From Dendrobates tinctorius (lineage: Eukaryota): 64,000 nucleotides of DNA. The notes under the pieces were generated by a model, which saw nothing but the letters and a program-made list of their open reading frames with translations, made no database searches and had not been told where the DNA came from. Made by a program: the position numbers and the translations under genes. The stretch lies in contig NW_027361677.1 in the NCBI RefSeq assembly GCF_039654945.1, positions 21,762,001-21,826,000 on the forward strand. Direction: 5' to 3'. Shown piece after piece: positions 61,822 to 64,000 of the stretch; the stretch's first letter is position 1; every line of letters begins with the position of its first letter.

Positions 61822-64000
61822 GTGAGCGGGGCCCGGGGGCGGCTGTGGCGGGGAGAGGGGACCTCCAGCTGCGGCTGTTGCGCCTGACTTTGGTTGCCGC
61901 GGAGGATTCTGGGATAGCAGCGCCCTTTCTTTGGGGCTGGTTGTCATGGTAACGTGCTTCTTGTCCTAGGAGCTTGCACTCTGGCCTAGGTGTCGGGTTG
62001 CGGCCACTTCTGGTCATTGTGTCATGTCCCAGCGACTGTCCCCACATAACGCCTTGAGCTGGTGACAAGCCTGCCGGGTGTTTAGTGACGAGTCACATGT
62101 TACCGCTTTAGTGTGTGCTGCTGACGCCAAAGGTGTCGCGAACCCCCAGTCACACGGCGCCTCCTGACGAACCACAAGGCTCAGCACTGAAGCAATGAGT
62201 GACACCAGGCACTGGTGAAGGACCGGTCCCCTGTCCTTGTCCTTCTGTTATTCCTCTGGGAAATGTAGGGCTTTCCTCACATTCCCAGTTCAAAAATAAA
62301 TGGACATGAAGATTGTCGTTAAAAAATGGTCTGACTCGCATTTCTTGTTCTGTCCTGAACGGAAGCCTTTTTTTGATTTTTTCTGGGCACGTGCGGCGCT
62401 CAATAACCGGTGATATCCCTTATCATCCGTCTGCTATAGACTTTAATAAAGAATGGATCCGTCTGCTTCGCTTTTTTTTTTTTTTTTTTAGACCGACAAA
62501 AAAAAAAAAATTCTGTCCTCCTCTGTTCCAAAACAGACAGTCAACAGAATGAGGGGGACGTCTTGTAAGGAATGGGGACCGTGGCTGAGCGCTTCTATTT
62601 TTATGCTCCCTAAATGGATCCAAAAAACGGAATTAAAAGCTGGCCGTGTGACCGGCGGGGGGGTTACTTGATGGGGGGACACGTGTCTGTGCCCACGCTG
62701 ACAGTGTCCAGTCGGCGCTGCCTGTGTCACGCTATGAAGGGACGCGCCACCTTCAATGCAAGTCATTTTATTCCAAAATTTCCAGGAGGCATAACGGAGG
62801 ACTGTCACAACACAGTTGTCAATCAGTTCTGTTATGGTGAACTCCGATGCAGCAGGGGTGACACGTTTTATAAGAGATTTTTCTGTTCTTTGCAGCAAAG
62901 AAAGTTTTCTGCGTTTCCTAGCATGCTGGTACTACAACTCCCACAGGAATTCAGAGCTGGAGACCAGTGACTGATGATATTTTGTCACCTGTTATTGATT
63001 CCCATCATGACGTGAGACTTTTTTTTTTATTCCTCTGTCCGCAGCATACTTGAGACCCATTGCCTACGTCATAATCGCTCTCTGTTCTGAAGAGCTTACG
63101 CTCTGTGTTTGCTATGCGCTTATCCCAATAGATTTGGCAATCTGAGAGTATGGCAGTATTCTGCAACCCGGTGCACAGAGAGAGCTCCCACATTGCCTGG
63201 CGCCGGCTGTGCTGTTATGCTAGTAGTTGTAGTCTTAATTGTCTTGTATGCAATCTGTATGGGGATTTAAGCCTGGGTCAATGCATAAGTTTTCACCCCC
63301 TAGCCATGGCCTGCTTTCACGTGACAGGAGACTTGCTTGGCTAGTTTCTGGGTAGTACGACATTAACTTGTTAAGTGTAAATAAAATTCCTTGTTTTTTT
63401 TTTTTTTCTCTTTTTCTAACCTGTCACCTATAAGACATCTGACTCGTCCCCGAGGACAAGCAATAAAATATTCTAGGTATGCTTCTTTCTAACTGTTTCT
63501 GGGAAAGCTGTATGATCATCTGTGCTGGATTTAATTTGGAAGTTATCGGATCAAAACGATTTCATTTGTACTTTGATGGGAGTTGTAGTTGCCCAGCAGC
63601 CACAAGTTGCAGAGCACGGAAATATGGAAAAATCCTATAATTTGCTGCTAGTGCCCTGCACAGGATGGCATGTGATCACAGATGCACATGTAGGCGATCT
63701 GCTTGTCATGCCGCCTTATGTATAACTATAAATCCCCTATTTATCCTTTGCTGGAAAATGAGCAGATTTGATCACGACGGTATATGCACCTGTAAGTGTA
63801 TAAAGCGCGATCAATGTAGTCGCGTGAGAAGATTAATTGGGCCATTCCTTCCAATTAAACAAGCGCTGACACTAAGGTCAGGAGCTTATAGGGAAAGCTG
63901 CCGCTGTCAGTCACATGGGTGGGTATACAGCTATATCTGCTTAGGGCCAAGGGGGAGATACAGAGGTGCCCGTGGGGTCATGAATTTTTCTAGCGTTCCT

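Noticed and set aside
1-64000. Interstitial telomeric (TTAGGG)n arrays, tRNA or rRNA genes
   Set aside because: None seen by eye; only isolated TTAGGG hexamers. A covariance-model search was not possible.

Overview
Vertebrate genomic DNA, most likely an anuran amphibian judging by the repeat families (inference). It carries the conserved TERF2 (-) / CYB5B (+) / NFAT5 (+) block seen at human 16q22. I reconstructed a complete TERF2 CDS by hand (10 exons, 488 aa from ATG 12905, plus a possible extra in-frame 5' exon), a complete 5-exon CYB5B CDS (140 aa), and NFAT5 exon 1 with its promoter. TERF2 and CYB5B are head-to-head on a very compact shared promoter bracketed by two large minisatellites. 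One is a ~6 kb array of ~120 51-bp units in the TERF2 intron following the 12758-12905 exon; nearly every unit carries a consensus-matching CTCF core motif (CCAGCAGGTGGCGC) in the same orientation. The other is a ~2.4 kb CpG-rich 37/39-bp array in CYB5B intron 1. The rest is rich in mobile DNA: a decayed DIRS (tyrosine recombinase) retroelement carrying three nested insertions with TSDs, an internally deleted L1 inside an 86-bp satellite that switches orientation, Rex1 and CR1 fragments, two inverted copies of an LTR-like element, and many TTAA-, TWA- and 8-bp-TSD MITEs. The very long ORFs in the track are artefacts of repeat units that are multiples of 3.
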